Source: Callorhinchus milii
Lineage: Eukaryota
Reading direction: 5' to 3'
Assembly (NCBI RefSeq): GCF_018977255.1
Contig: NW_024704742.1
Location: 59,460,001-59,524,000, forward strand
Length of the DNA: 64,000 nt
Made by a program: the position numbers and the translations under genes. Shown piece by piece: positions 23,797-36,350 of the stretch. The number at the start of each line of letters is the position of its first letter. Within the stretch, counting starts at the first letter, position 1. The notes beneath the pieces are model-generated. The model ran no database searches and had not been told where the DNA came from. It worked only from the letters and a program-made list of their open reading frames with translations.

Positions 23797-24816
23797 GCAG
23801 AGTAAATTGTATAGCAAGTGAATGCTTACAATGTGTTTTTCACTGTTTGTGACTCGGTTGAAAAATGGAGCTTAGCACCAAATATATTGTGAATCCTGCA
23901 GTAACCTTTTAAAAAATTGATAAAGTAACCAATTGACTACTTTGACACAATGTGCACAAACATGTTTGAAGATAACTGAAGATTTCTTGAACAGAATCTC
24001 AAAGTAAACAAAAAAGTAGTTGGTACTTTTATAGATCGCTTCTGGTATCTTTTATATCTTTTCATTCCATTTTCACACCACCTTGGGGAGGAGAGAGACC
24101 ATTGATGGGTATGACACAATGGGATTGTAGCTTTCTTTTTCCTCTGAAATGACACGATTTCATGGGAATAGAATGGAATAGAAAGCTATGTGAATCATTT
24201 CCCAGCAGAAGTGCATATCATTTCTAAGGTGAAAAGAAATATCTGTTACAGGAAGGATTTTAGGATTTATGAGAGAGAAAACTGGGAACAAAGATTTAAT
24301 TCCATTAACTCTCTCAGACCTATGATGTTTTTGTCAGATATCAAGATTAGCATTTATATTACTTTTATTTTGCAATTTTTTTTAAACCACAATCATCATT
24401 AGATTGTGAACGCAACAGTTTCAGGATGAATACAATGTAAACCAATGAGATTTGCATTCATAAAAACTGACTGTTTTCGCAATACATTGAGAATCATTCT
24501 TTTCATTCAGTAAATTGTGTTTGAAGATAAATATTTCACAACATTTCTATACGACATTAATGAATGCTTAAGAATATGCAAATTGAACCATTGAGGTAAA
24601 GTTTGCTGTATTTTACAATGTGTTTCTTATCGCTAATTAACATGAAGAATGTTATGAAACACCACAGACTTTATCTCTTGTGTTACTGTAATGTAGGTTG
24701 AGAGTCCAATAAAAATAGTTAATGTCAATGGTAAAGTCAAAAGGAAGTGATTAATTATATATAGCACAGATTGAAATGTCAAAATTTGACTGAGAAAGAT
24801 GATAGTTAAAGTTTAC

Positions 24817-26150
24817 AGCAACTTACATTTATATAATGCCTTTCACAATGAGTAGTGTCTGGGAGTGCTTAACAGTGGTGGAGCTTGAAGCCAAGCCAGG
24901 GAGAAAGGGGAGGTTACAGAAGGCATGGTCAAAGAGTAGGCTTTTTTGCTGTGATCTGAAGATGTGCAAAGAAGGGGCAAGATGGCGGGATTGAGGCAAG
25001 GAGTTCCAGAGATTTGAGGCATAGTGGCTAAAAGTACGGCTACTGAATTTGGAGGGGAGGGCACGAGGGACATGCAGGAAGCCATTGCTAGCTGAGCGAA
25101 GGTGTTGGATTGGGGTGTAAGCAGGTCAGAGAGGTAGGGAGATGCTAGGGCATGAGATGATTTGTACACGAGTGCGAGGATCTTGAAACCAATCTGTCCT
25201 ACAATAGGGAACCAATGGATCTAGTGGAGCCTGGCAAGGACTAGTACAGCGGGTTCACAGTTTGGTGAGGGTGAAGATGTGGAGTTGGGAGACTGGGAAG
25301 AGGGCATTGCAATAATCCAGACGAGAGGTGACAAATGCAAGTATAAGGGTTTCAGCTTTGTTGAGAGGAGGTATAGTCGAAGGTAGACCATGTGGCAAAG
25401 GTGGAGGAACGTGTCTGGTCGCTGGGCAGGGGCTGGATGTGAGGTAAGAAGGACAGCTGGGAACTGAACCTAATGTCTAGGTTGCCACAGGTTCAGTCAG
25501 TCTGAGATAGTCTGAGATATAGGCCATGGAAGTTAAGAAGGTCGGAGTCACAGGACAGAAAATGTTGATGGGAGCCAAGTAGAATGGCTTCCATCTTGTC
25601 AACATTCAGCTGTAGAAATTTGGCGCTTATGCAGGCCATGACAAGCAAGAGAACGTAACATTGATGGAGCTGGGGCCACAGGTGGAGGAGGAAAAGCAGA
25701 TTTGGGAATTGTCTGCATACCATGTGGAAATTAATTCCATGTCTGCAAATGACATCCCTGAGAGACAGCATGTAAATAAGGAAAAAAGGGGCCAAAGACA
25801 GAGCCTTGGGGGATGTTGCAGGTGACCCAGGGGAGGTAAAAACATTTGCACAGACATAATGATGGTGGTGGATCAAGTAGGACTCAAACCAGGAGTGATC
25901 AGTCCAACTAAAATGAATGAGGGAGGAGATGCAGTGGAGGAGAATGGAGTAATCAACTGTGTCGAAGGCAGGGGAGAGGTCGAGGAGGACAAGGAGGTGG
26001 AAGGAGACCTGCTCATAGAGAGAGAGGATATCATTTGTGACTTTGACGAGTGCTCTGGGCAGAGTGAAAAACAAATTGGAGGGTCTCGAGAAGGGAATGG
26101 AGGGGGAGGTGTGAGCAAAGTTGGTTGGCACAACATGTTCCAGGACTTCA
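24817..26150 (-). mobile_element. Degenerate L2 LINE, second family
   Basis: ALVKVTNDIL, LLVLLDLSPAFDTVD and KFLQLNVDKMEA peptides; 3' end resembles 53505-53938. Confidence 0.88.
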
Positions 26151-26664
26151 GAAAAGTCTATATGACACATACAGAATAGATACAGAGGATAAACCAATAT
26201 CATCTCTAGACCTTAAGATAGAGACTAATCTATTATCTGGTAAGCATTTTGCTTACTCTGCAGCAATGAATCTGTGATCTGTGCTTAAAATGTTTGAGGA
26301 AAAACAAGCACTGAGCAGTAATAAGAAAGAGCTAATCTGGGAAGGACAATTTCAAAGAAATAAAAGCTCTCTTGTAAATGGCTGGAATAGTGTAAATCTG
26401 TAGATAAGGTAAACAAATTGAACTAGACATGGTATAGACATATTAATCCAGATAGATATCAAGAATAATCCTCTCTATTGTTTGCAGTACTCAGAGAATC
26501 AACACTGAATTATATTACCCAAGTCAATTAAAAGGTTAACACAATTATTAAATCTATCTTAAGGTTGATTTTAATCAGAGAAGGACATTTCTCCCAGTTG
26601 CCTGGCCAACAATTCCCCCAAATAAAATTGGTCCTTCACTTTATGACTATTTGTAGGAAGGTGC

Positions 26665-27845
26665 TGGACAGTGAAGGGTTTGCACTCAAGCTGGGGCCTG
26701 GAGTCAAGAGGGGTGGGGGCAAGTGGGTGGAGGTGGGAAGATGAATGAAAGCAGGGTCAAAGAGGAATGTCTTGAGATGGGCCTGAGGGACTCCGGGATG
26801 GAGATTAAGAGGGTATAGGCAGAAAGGCTGAAGGCCCGACCACCGATGGTGGAGCAGGCAGGGCAGGAGTCATGGAGTAGGCCAGTGGGTGGAGTGGGGG
26901 GAGTGGACAGGTTGGTAAAGTTTTAGTTGGTTGCAGAGAGAGCAAGACTATGGTGGGCTTTAAAGGTGAGAATGAGGATCCTGAACTTGATCCTCTGGGG
27001 GATGGGGAGCCAGTGAAGCCGAGTGAGAATGGGGTTGATTAGTGCGAGAGAGGGCATGGGTTCTGGGAGAGTTTTGACTCATCTGCAACTGATGGAGGGA
27101 AGAGTTGGGAAGTTCAGCGAGCAGAGAGTTACCATAGTCAAGCCTGGATGTAATGATAGCATTGATGAGGGTCTTGGCAACCAGAGGGGAGGGGTAGTGG
27201 TGAAGGCGAGCAATGTTGCAGAGGTGGAAGAAAGAAGAATGGGTCATGGCATGGTTTTGTGGTTTAAAATACAGCTAAACTCCGAACAAGACACCAAGGT
27301 TAAGTACTGGCTCAGTGATGTGGACAGTGCAACTGTGTATAGTGATACTGCAACCACCTGAGGTGAGGAGGTGCTGACAGGAACCAAGCAGGAGGGCCTT
27401 GGTCTTGTCGACATTCAACGAGAAAATTGGCACTTATCCAGGACTCGATGTCTGAGAGGAGAGCAGTGGTATTGGAGTCAAAGTGGAGGCAGAGAGATAG
27501 AGTTGGGTATCATCGACATACACATGGAAATTAACCCCATGTCTGTGGATGATATTGCCGAGTGGGAGCATATAAATATTAAAAAGGAGATGACCAAGGA
27601 CAGAGCCTTGGGGAATGCCGCACCTGACAGAGCGAGGGCCAGAGGAGAAGCCATTGCTAGATATGAATTAAATTCGATGGGAAAGGTAAGAATAAAATCA
27701 GGCAAGGACAGAACCATGAAGCTGGAACTGAGAGGAGAGGCGGTGGAGAAGAATTGAGTGGTCGACAGTGTTGAAAGCGGTGGAGAGATCGAGAAGAACA
27801 AGGAGACAGAGAGGGGCCACATCACAAATGGACAGAATGTCACAG
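26665..27845 (-). mobile_element. Degenerate L2 LINE
   Basis: AKTLINAIITSRLDYGNSLLA peptide; minus-strand [12 protein letters not shown] motif near 27500-27540. Confidence 0.88.
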
Positions 27846-27900
27846 TTACAGTAAAAATCCTGTGAACATCACATATTGATAGATCTAAGTCATCTAAGTA

Positions 27901-28252
27901 ATAATAATAATAATCTTTGCATTTGATATAGCGCCTCATCACATTATTGAGACATCTCAAAGCGCTTCATGGAATACGCTGTAAAGTAAATTGACTGTAT
28001 ATTTTGTGGGTGAAAATTGGACACAGAGGTGTCCCACAAACAGTCATGGATTGAGTGACCAATTTTTTTAAAGAAAATATTACCCTCAGAAGATTGATCT
28101 GCCCATTGACGAACAACCGGGTTCCTATTTATTTCAAGGTAAACAGAGGTGTGTGGAGTAAGGAAACTTGCCCAATGTTTCACCCTACCAGGAATCAAAC
28201 CCCAGATCTCTCGCTTGCAAGGTGAGTGCTCTAACCACTGAGTTACAGGACT
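27901..28252 (-). mobile_element. tRNA-derived SINE, long subfamily
   Basis: Head and tail as in other copies plus an extra internal segment (minus strand cctctgtttaccttgaaataaataggaacccggttg...). Confidence 0.9.
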
Positions 28253-29137
28253 GTTTCATTGAATGTGTTGCAGTCCCTCAACAGCATTATATAACAATGA
28301 ATTTGTTCAGATTAACATACTGAGTTATTTTTCTGAGGTGTTCACTCTAATTAAATTACTCCTGGTAATGTGCCACTGTTGTTATCGCTTTATAATCCAT
28401 GCTCTAACTTGCCTTCTAGAGACAGGCTCTATTGACATCTCAACAAATCTGCAGACCCTCCCACACACAATAAGATGCAACTACTCTCCAAAGCACTTAC
28501 TTATTTTAATTTGCAATGCAATTAGAGCACTACAGATGTCTCAAAGCGCTTCACAGCGCTAATAAGAACACTGCTGTAATTTTTTTGAAAGAACTCTGAT
28601 ATTAACATTAATCTTTAACTGGAATTTCTTATAACTCTGGGTTTCTTTTATGAAAATGAAAGCAAGAACAATAAGTGTTTTTTAAAAATCAGATCTGAGA
28701 ATGACATTATAGATGTTTGGGTACTTGCAATGCTCTTTTTGGACTTCATAAATTTTACCAATTTTAGTGAAAGGAACTTGGTGTACAATGATTACCAACA
28801 GCAGAAGTTTTATGTTTACCTTTATTTTAGTTTGCACGTTTTTGGGTTTTACACACATGGAAACCTATCACCATGTATCCAAGCCAAACTGAGAGTTCCA
28901 TGTACTCTTGGTTTGGATACTCTGAAACATGGTAATAGGTTTCCACATTTGTAAGACACTTGGCTGACCAAAAAAAACAGAGTATATGCCGCAAGCACAA
29001 CCTATCTGCCCTATCCAAAACAATAGGCAAGGAATCTTTTGTGTGAATTAGTCTAGAGCCTGGGAATTTATCATACGTTCAAAGTGAAGAGACTATTCTA
29101 AAACGGACCCACCTTCTGTTTCATCATTTTCTCATAA

Positions 29138-29456
29138 TGTAGCTCAGTGATTAGAGCACTCGCTTTGCAAGCGAGAGACCTGAGTTCAATTCCAGGCAGA
29201 GGGCGAAACCTTGGGCAAGTTTCCTTACTCCACACGCCTAATAATAATCCCTCCAAAACCAAAAACAATAATAAATTGGTCATTTTCAATCTACGACTGT
29301 TTGTGGGACATTGCTGTGCGCAATTGGCTGCCGCGTTCACCCACAAATATACAGTCAATTCACTTTACAGTGTGTTCTGTGAAGCGTTTTGGGACGTCCT
29401 CCCGACGTGAAAAGCGCTATATCAAATGCTAGGATTATTATTATTATTATTATTAT
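29138..29456 (+). mobile_element. Young tRNA-Ala-derived SINE, short subfamily, missing ~7 nt at the 5' end
   Basis: tgtagctcagtg...CTCGC-TT-TGC-AA-GCGAG...gggacgtcctcccgacgtg...(att)n; CpGs largely retained. Confidence 0.93.
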
Positions 29457-29779
29457 AATACACAGTTTTCAGTGTTAATTGCTCCATTGAGAACTGTAGC
29501 TACAACTACCATTTGCTGGATACATTATTCATTATTTGAAGATTGTTCGATTAAACTGTTTGAATATCTGGGAAAACCTAAAGTGCAACATAAAGTAATT
29601 CCTTATGTCACTGGGACCATTTTTCGTATGGTATTGTCAAGCATATGAGTATGTAGCCATTGGCTTCAGGCTACCTGTAAGATTGGATTTTGTTCTATGA
29701 CATAAAAACCTATCTACGTGCATGTAATGTCAATGTAGGTGGCCTCCCAACTCAAAAACAGAACAAATGTTAATGCCAA

Positions 29780-29916
29780 ATGTTCTGACGAAGGGTCATG
29801 GACGCAAAACGTAGACTCATTTTCCTTTCTCCATAGATGCGCTTGACCTGTTGAGTGTACCCAACAACTTCTGTTTTTGTTTCAGATTTCCAGCATCTGC
29901 AGTATTTTGTGTTTTG
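29780..29916 (+). mobile_element. Penelope-type short repeat with a degenerate minimal hammerhead ribozyme
   Basis: CTGACGA-agggtc-atg-gacgc-AAAA-c-GTA, followed by ctccatagatgc...tgacctgttgagt...ttcagatttccagcatctgcagt, which I recall as a common chondrichthyan repeat. Confidence 0.65.
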
Positions 29917-30227
29917 TTCATTCCATAAGCATTGCCCTATGTATTTTGGTGCTCTTGGGGAAAAAAATAATTAATTTCAGAAAACACTCTGAAACTGTGC
30001 AACTGATGGTTAAATATAGCTTAGCTGTATAAAGAAGTATGCAGCAATCTCTATGTCAACACTAGCAACTGTTAATATTCTGAACAAAAAATGCTAGTCA
30101 TTCATTTTATAATTAGTTACACTCATGAATGTCTTTTAAATTGTTAAGTTCTGAAATTATTTATCTATTACCTGGAAGAACTACTATTGGGAATCAATTG
30201 TTACAGCCTCCATGAAATATTTGAACA

Positions 30228-30576
30228 CAAGATCACAAGATTGGTTTGGACAAAGAAGGCCTTCCGGGCCATCTGATTTCATCCCTTCAGAACACCCATC
30301 CATTAAACTGCTTTTCAAATGACTCTGGTATCCTGGCCTCAACTGCTCTCTTAGCAACCTATTTCAGTTGTTAATTGATTTCAGGGTAAAAACAAAGTGC
30401 TGGGATCTGGCTTGAAATTGCCCTTTCTAAATCTAAACCTATGCCCTCTTATTCTCCTGTGTTGGTGCATCGTAAAATATTACCTTACTTTTTACTTTCA
30501 ATCCCATTTAAAATTGTATACTCCTCTACAACGTTCCCTATGATAGTATTCTCTCAAGACTGAAGATCCCTATCTT
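30228..30576 (-). mobile_element. Old CR1 3' fragment
   Basis: cacaagat tandem tail (the same tail appears on + at ~45045) and ctatgccctctt (TRGH-like) motif. Confidence 0.7.
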
Positions 30577-30852
30577 GGAGTCCTGTAGCTCAGTGGTTAG
30601 AGCACTCGCTTTGCAAGCGAGAGACCTGGGTTCAATTCCCAGCAAGGTGGAACCTTGGACAAGTTTCCTTGAATTTTTTTCTTGAGGGATTATGATCAGG
30701 CGTAATCCCTCAAGAAAAAAATCAATAATAAATTGGTCACTCAATCCACGACTGTTTGTGGGACACTGCTGTGCGCAATTGGCTGCCGCGTTTCGCCCAC
30801 AAATATACAGTCAATTCACTTTATAGTCTATCCTGTGAAGCTCTTTGAGACA
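30577..30852 (+). mobile_element. tRNA-Ala SINE with an internal inverted duplication
   Basis: Intact head; arms 30673-30692 and 30703-30722 are complementary; tail truncated. Confidence 0.88.
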
Positions 30853-30859
30853 ACTTTGT

Positions 30860-31008
30860 GGAGTGCTGTAGCTCAGTGGTTAGACCTGAGTTCAATTCCA
30901 GGCAGGGCGAAACCTTGGGCAATTTTCCTTACTCCACACGCCTAATAATAATCCCTCCAAAAAACAAAACAATAATAATTTGGTCATTTTCAGTCCATGA
31001 TTGTTTGT
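30860..31008 (+). mobile_element. Second SINE in tandem, anticodon arm deleted, 3'-truncated
   Basis: ggagtgctgtagctcagtggttaga joined directly to cctgagttcaattccaggcagggcgaaacc. Confidence 0.85.
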
Positions 31009-32114
31009 TGCTCAAACACCATGGTCAAATGTGTGCATATGTTTTCACAAACCATATCAAGGGCTACTTGAAGCAGATCTTGATTCAGGTTAGTTAACAA
31101 AATCAAAATATTATTCCGAATGTAAGATTATGTTCATTTTATAAAAAAATCTTTCTTCAAGTGAGCTAATGCAAATTTTTGTAACGCAACAGTCTTGTTA
31201 TTAATAGTATTTTACCTTCCTGTCTTGGATGGCAAAAGATGTTATAGAAGTTGTCTGGTTTGCAACGAATGCTGGAAGCTTCTTAAATCAATACCACCTC
31301 TTTATTTTTTCAAAGCTTATGAATACTGAGTAGAGAAGCCCAGTGAGCTGGTGAAGAGAAACTATTGAAATGATTTTCCCCTGTCGGTCAACACAATGAC
31401 TGGTAAACCAATACCTTTGTGACTGAAGAAGAGCTCAGGTAGAATAAATCCTTCTCAACAATAAGGCCTCCCAAATCTCTTCTTGGCATACAATGGAAAT
31501 ACCTGATTATTTGGCTTACCTTTGCCTTTAAGGTCTTGAACATGATCAGTCTGTATGGTTCATATGACAGCGATTTCCTATGATTGCTCTGTCTTTACCC
31601 AATTCCACTTCAGCCTTTTAGGCTGAGGTTAAACCCACTCTCATTAGACTCTCATTTCTCACAAAGAGGTTATCCTGCTCTATTTTCTAAGGATAATAAA
31701 TTTATTGATCCGTGCTGAATTTTTTTTTGTTCCCTTAGTTAAATTGAATTAGGAACTTATAAATAACTATAATGTAATTTTTTTTGATTATATTGTAAGT
31801 TGAAACTTAAATATACAAAATTGGCTCAAGTAAAAAATGTTTCAACCTATTTGGACTCATTAAATCAAGAATACCAATCCAACTATCTTCCCTTTACAGC
31901 ATCCATCTGTTTCTTAAAGGTGTCCACATGACAAGATAGAGATTAAGATGTTCAGAATCTCCCTTTGTACATAACTGTACTTCTGAGGCCAGGTCAGTGT
32001 TGGCTGTGAAGGCACATCGTGCAAGACTGAACAGCAAAAACATATAGATGTAACATATATTGGAGTGTTTTGTTCAATTGACTTTGAGCTTAAAATATTC
32101 GCTATGAAAAACCG

Positions 32115-32310
32115 AAATAATATAATCCTTGCATTTGATATAGGGACTTGACGGGTCTTTGAGATGTCTCAAAGTTTTCCACAGACTATACTGTACGTTT
32201 ATTAACTGTATACTTTGTGGACAAAACGTGGCAGCAATTGCGCACAGCAATGATCCACAAACAATCATGGATTGAGTGACCGCATTTTTTTTTGAAGGGA
32301 TTATTACCCC
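32115..32310 (-). mobile_element. 5'-truncated SINE
   Basis: taatccttgcatttgatatag...gcaattgcgcacagc...gggattattacc. Confidence 0.8.
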
Positions 32311-32367
32311 CGGACATTAGAAAAGATTATTATTTATTATTTGTGCAAATTATTCAAATTAAGCTCT

Positions 32368-34474
32368 TAATAATAATAATCCTTGCATTTGATATAGCAC
32401 TTTTCACGTCTTCTAGAGTCTCAAAGCGCTTCACAGAGTATACTGTAAAATGAATTGACTGTATATTTGTGGGCGAAACACGGTAGCCAATTGCACACAA
32501 CAACAACAAAATTACATTTGTACAGCGCCTTTCACGTAGGAAGGACGTCCCAAGGCGCTGGGAGTCGGGGTGGGTGAGTGGGGAGGGCAGGGGGGGGAAG
32601 CAGGGAGATCGAAAGCACGATCGAAGAGGAGAGTCTTGAGGTGGGTCTTGAAGGTGGCGAGGGAGGCAACGAGACAGAGGGACTGCGGGATGGTGTTCCA
32701 GAGGATGGGCGCAGAGTGGTGGAAGGCCCTCCCGCCGATAGTGGGGCGAGCAAGGCACGAGACGTGAAGCAGGTCAGAGCCCACTGAACAGAGGGAGCGA
32801 ACAGGACGGTAGGGGTTGAGGAGATCGGAGATATAGGTGGGAGCAAGACCATGGAGGGTTTTGATGGTGAGGACAGGATCTTGAACTGTATCCCCTGTGA
32901 GATGGGTAGTCAGTGGAGTCGGGCGAGGATGGGGTTAATAGGGTCATGGAGCCTAGTGCGCGAGACAACACGGGCTGCAGAGTTCTGGATGATGTGCAGC
33001 CTGTGAAAGGAGGAGTTGTGGAGGCCGACAAGCAGTGAGTTTGCATAGTCGAGCCTTGATGTAATGAAGGCATGTATGGGAATTTCGGTGGCCTGCGGTG
33101 TCAGACAGTGTCAGAGCCGGGGACTTTGTAGAGGTGGGGGAAAGCAGAGCAGGTCATGGCGCGAATGTGGGGTAGAAAGGATTGGTGAGGGACGGACAAG
33201 ACCCCAAGCTTCTGGACTGACTTAGCAAGGTGCAGTGTGCAACCATGGATGGTGATGCTGTTAGCGTCTGAGGTGAGGAGGCGCTGACGGGAGTCAATCA
33301 GGAGAGCCTCGATCTTGTTGACGTTCAACTGAAGAAAGTTAGCTCTCATCCAGGACTTGATGTCTGACAGACATTCTGTCAGCACAGCAGTGGTACTACA
33401 GTGAAGGGTGGAGGCAGAGAGGTTGAGTTGGGTGTCTTCCGCATACATGTGGAAGTTGACCCCATGTCTGCGGATGTTGTCACCAAGGGGGAACATATAG
33501 AGGTAGAAGAGGAGCGGACCAAGCACAGAGCCCCGAGGAATGCCACACGAGACGGTCTGGGGGCTACAGGAGAAGCTGTTGGAGGAGGTGAAGTGCAGGC
33601 GGTGTGACAGGTACGATCTGAACCAATCAAGGACAGCGAAGTGGAGGTTGAGGTGAGAGGAGAAGTGGTGGATGAGGATAGAGTGGTTGACGGTGTCGAA
33701 AGGAGCAGTGACATCAAGGAGGACGAGGAGGCAGAGGGAGCCTTGGTCGCAGATGGACAGAATGTCACTTTTGTCACTTTGACCAGGACGGTTTCTGTGC
33801 TGTGGGCAGCACGGAAGCCTGATTGGAGGGATTTGAGAAGTTTGTGGTGGGATAGGAAGGAGTGAAGCTGGGAAGCAGCAACTCATTCTACGACCTTGGA
33901 GAGGAAGCGGAGGTTGGAAATGGGATGGTAGTTAGAGAGTAGAGAACAGGGAGGGTTTTTTAAGGATAGGAATGATGACAGTGTTTTTTAAAGAGGTGGG
34001 AACAGTACCAGAGGATAGGGAGAGGTTAACGATGTCAGTGAGTAGAGGGCAAGGAGGTGGAGCTGGGAGGTAAGGAGGGGGATAGGGATAGGATCCAGGG
34101 AGCAGGTGGTGAGTTTCATGCGGGTTATGGCGGTGATGAGAGAGGAGGGGGAGACCGATTCAAAGGAGGGAGGGGTGGGGTAGGGGTGGGGGGGGGGGGG
34201 AGAAGAGATGGGGAGGGGGTAGTAGTTCCAGTGGCAGAGGCAGCTGAGTGGATTCCCTCGATTTTGAATTTGAGGAAGTCCAACATTGCGCACAGCAGTG
34301 TCTACAAACAGTCATGGATTGACGTGACCAATTTATCATTGTTTTTCTTTCTTGAGGTAATATTATCAGGCATGTGGAGTAAGGAAACTTGCCCAAGGTT
34401 TCGCCCTGCCGGGAATTGAACCCTGGTCTCTCGCTTGTAAGGTGAGTGCTCTAACCACTGAGCTACAGGACTCC
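32368..34474 (-). mobile_element. tRNA SINE split in two (32368-32499 and 34285-34474) by an L2 insertion
   Basis: The halves join into a complete SINE; TSD attgcacaca (32490-32499) / attgcgcaca (34285-34294). Confidence 0.9.
32500..34284 (-). mobile_element. L2 LINE, ~1.8 kb, 5'-truncated
   Basis: [29 protein letters not shown] and [14 protein letters not shown] peptides; 3' stem-loop and (gtt)n tail. Confidence 0.93.
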
Positions 34475-34769
34475 ACTAAGTTCCATTAAGCAAAAAATTA
34501 AGTTCTTAAATCCCATTCTCTCTGAAATTCAAATCTAAAAGATGTTCAGCACCAATGCTTCCCTCACTTGCAAATATTCATCAAATTGATCACAGCACAG
34601 TTCAGCGCCCGATTTAACTGGACCAATTTGAGTAACGCTACCATATATTTCCCCATATTCCATAGAATCTACTGCACCCAAAATGCTGTTTGGCCTAACC
34701 AGTCCCCGCCAGTATTTATGCTCCCTGTGGCATGTGGAGTATAAATCCATCCTAATCCATAAACAACTC

Positions 34770-35010
34770 CTAGCCCCACCTTCCTAATTTTCCCTTCTCT
34801 TCCTAATATCCCTCCTTTCCTCAGCCCCCTCCTTTCCTAATTCCTCTCTCTTCCTCCACCCCCTCCCTTCTTCGACTGTCTCTAATCTCAATCATCCTCC
34901 TTTGCTAATTCCTCTTCCTGTCGTGATTTTATAATTTCTCCTCCTTTACTAATACATCCTCCTTTCCTAATTCCCAGTCTCTTAAACTCTGTCCTTTTCT
35001 AATCCTCCCA
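34770..35010. repeat. CT-rich degenerate tandem repeat
   Basis: Recurrent cctcctttcctaattcc-like unit. Confidence 0.65.
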
Positions 35011-35223
35011 ATGCCTCACTCCCTCCCTTATCTCCTTCAAGACCCATCTCAAGATCCTATTCTTCGACTGTGGCTTCGGTCACCTTCCATCCCCCCCTGC
35101 CCTCCACCCTCCTTGATCTTGACCCCGATCTCGGGTCCAAAACACTGAATGTCCAGCGCCTTGAGATGAACCCCGATGTAAAAGGCGTTATACAAATTTT
35201 TTGTTGTTGTTTTTGTTGTTGTT
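35010..35223 (+). mobile_element. L2 3' end
   Basis: tccttcaagacccatctcaagatcc...cagcgccttgagatg...aaaggcgttatacaaat(gtt)n. Confidence 0.85.
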
Positions 35224-35995
35224 GACCCTACAGTTCTAATCCAAGTCTCTATCTATCCTTCAAACTCAAATCTATCAAATTCTCTCAGGTATGAACACGA
35301 GGAGTGTATCACCTCATTATGGTACTTAATTTCAGAGGAAGAAGCATATATCTGGTTCTGTGGCGTAACCTGCTCTGTGACCTTCTCCCTTTCCAATTAC
35401 AGTCAGCCCATCTCATTTCTTGGCAGGTAGAGCCATCTCACCGCATATCTTAATTTGAAAACCTGGTTGTGCAACATAGGTTCTGTCAATCTAAGACCTC
35501 CTCTGACCTTATCCTTCTGCAATTTAGTGAAACTAATCCTTGGGAGTTTTCCCCTCCCATAAAAATTGCAAAAGTATTTTTTTAATCTTCTTGCACTAGT
35601 GGTCTTGAACCAGCAGTGGAATCATTGAAAATATATAATTTAGCGTGGGCATCACATTCATTGTAAGAGCATTCACTTTCCCTTGGCGAGAAAGATGTAG
35701 TGTTGTCCACCTATGTATAACTTCCGAATGTAGGTCAATTTCCAGCTCAGATTAATATCAGTTAATTGCTTAAAGTTAGGGATCACCAGAAATACCTAGG
35801 CACATTATTCACTGAGTGTCCATGATATATTTTATTCCTCGATGTCTACCTATTGTGAGCTATTATTCATGGAGAGGGCTTTGGATTTGCAACATTTCCC
35901 TTTAAAGTATCCAGATATCCGTCCAAAATGATGGATGAATGTCCACAAAGATAAGAGGTGATTTTGAATGTTGCAACAGTAACAAAATGTCATCA

Positions 35996-36350
35996 ACATG
36001 GAATACTAGAATTCTGCAGCACAGAAGATGGCCATTTGACCTATCGTGCCTGACTGATTAAAAGAGCATTGAGCTAAGCTCCACTTCTGTATTTTTTTTC
36101 TTCAAGTGCTTTCATATGTTTCCGTTTCAAATATTAAATTCACTTTTAAAACATATTATATATTCTTTTTAAAGCATTGTTTTTGGTAGGATATTCAATG
36201 TCCTAATCGTCCACTGTATGTAAAAAAACCCAGATAGTTTCTCTTTACTTACCTTATCGAAATCCCACAATATTTTGTACACCTCTATCAGGTCTTTTTC
36301 AATCTTCTCGTTCTTTGCCACAGACCTAAACCCCAAATATAGGGTTTTCC
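35996..36350 (-). mobile_element. Old CR1 3' fragment
   Basis: cagcacagaagatggccatttgacctatc matches the CR1 3' UTR at 13227. Confidence 0.6.

Noticed and set aside
30577..30650. tRNA-Ala(TGC) gene, and similar heads at 7965-8039, 16692 and 29138
   Set aside because: Each continues into a SINE body, has no clean acceptor stem and occurs in many diverged copies, so these are SINE heads rather than tRNA genes.
31515..31580. Minus-strand mini-exon ending AAG|gtaagc
   Set aside because: No polypyrimidine acceptor and no recognisable peptide; possibly an ancient LINE remnant.
33101..33886. 261-aa ORF, and other ORFs over 100 aa, as host genes
   Set aside because: The protein-like ones are frameshifted L2/CR1 ORF2 pieces or their alternative frames; the remainder show no recognisable protein features.
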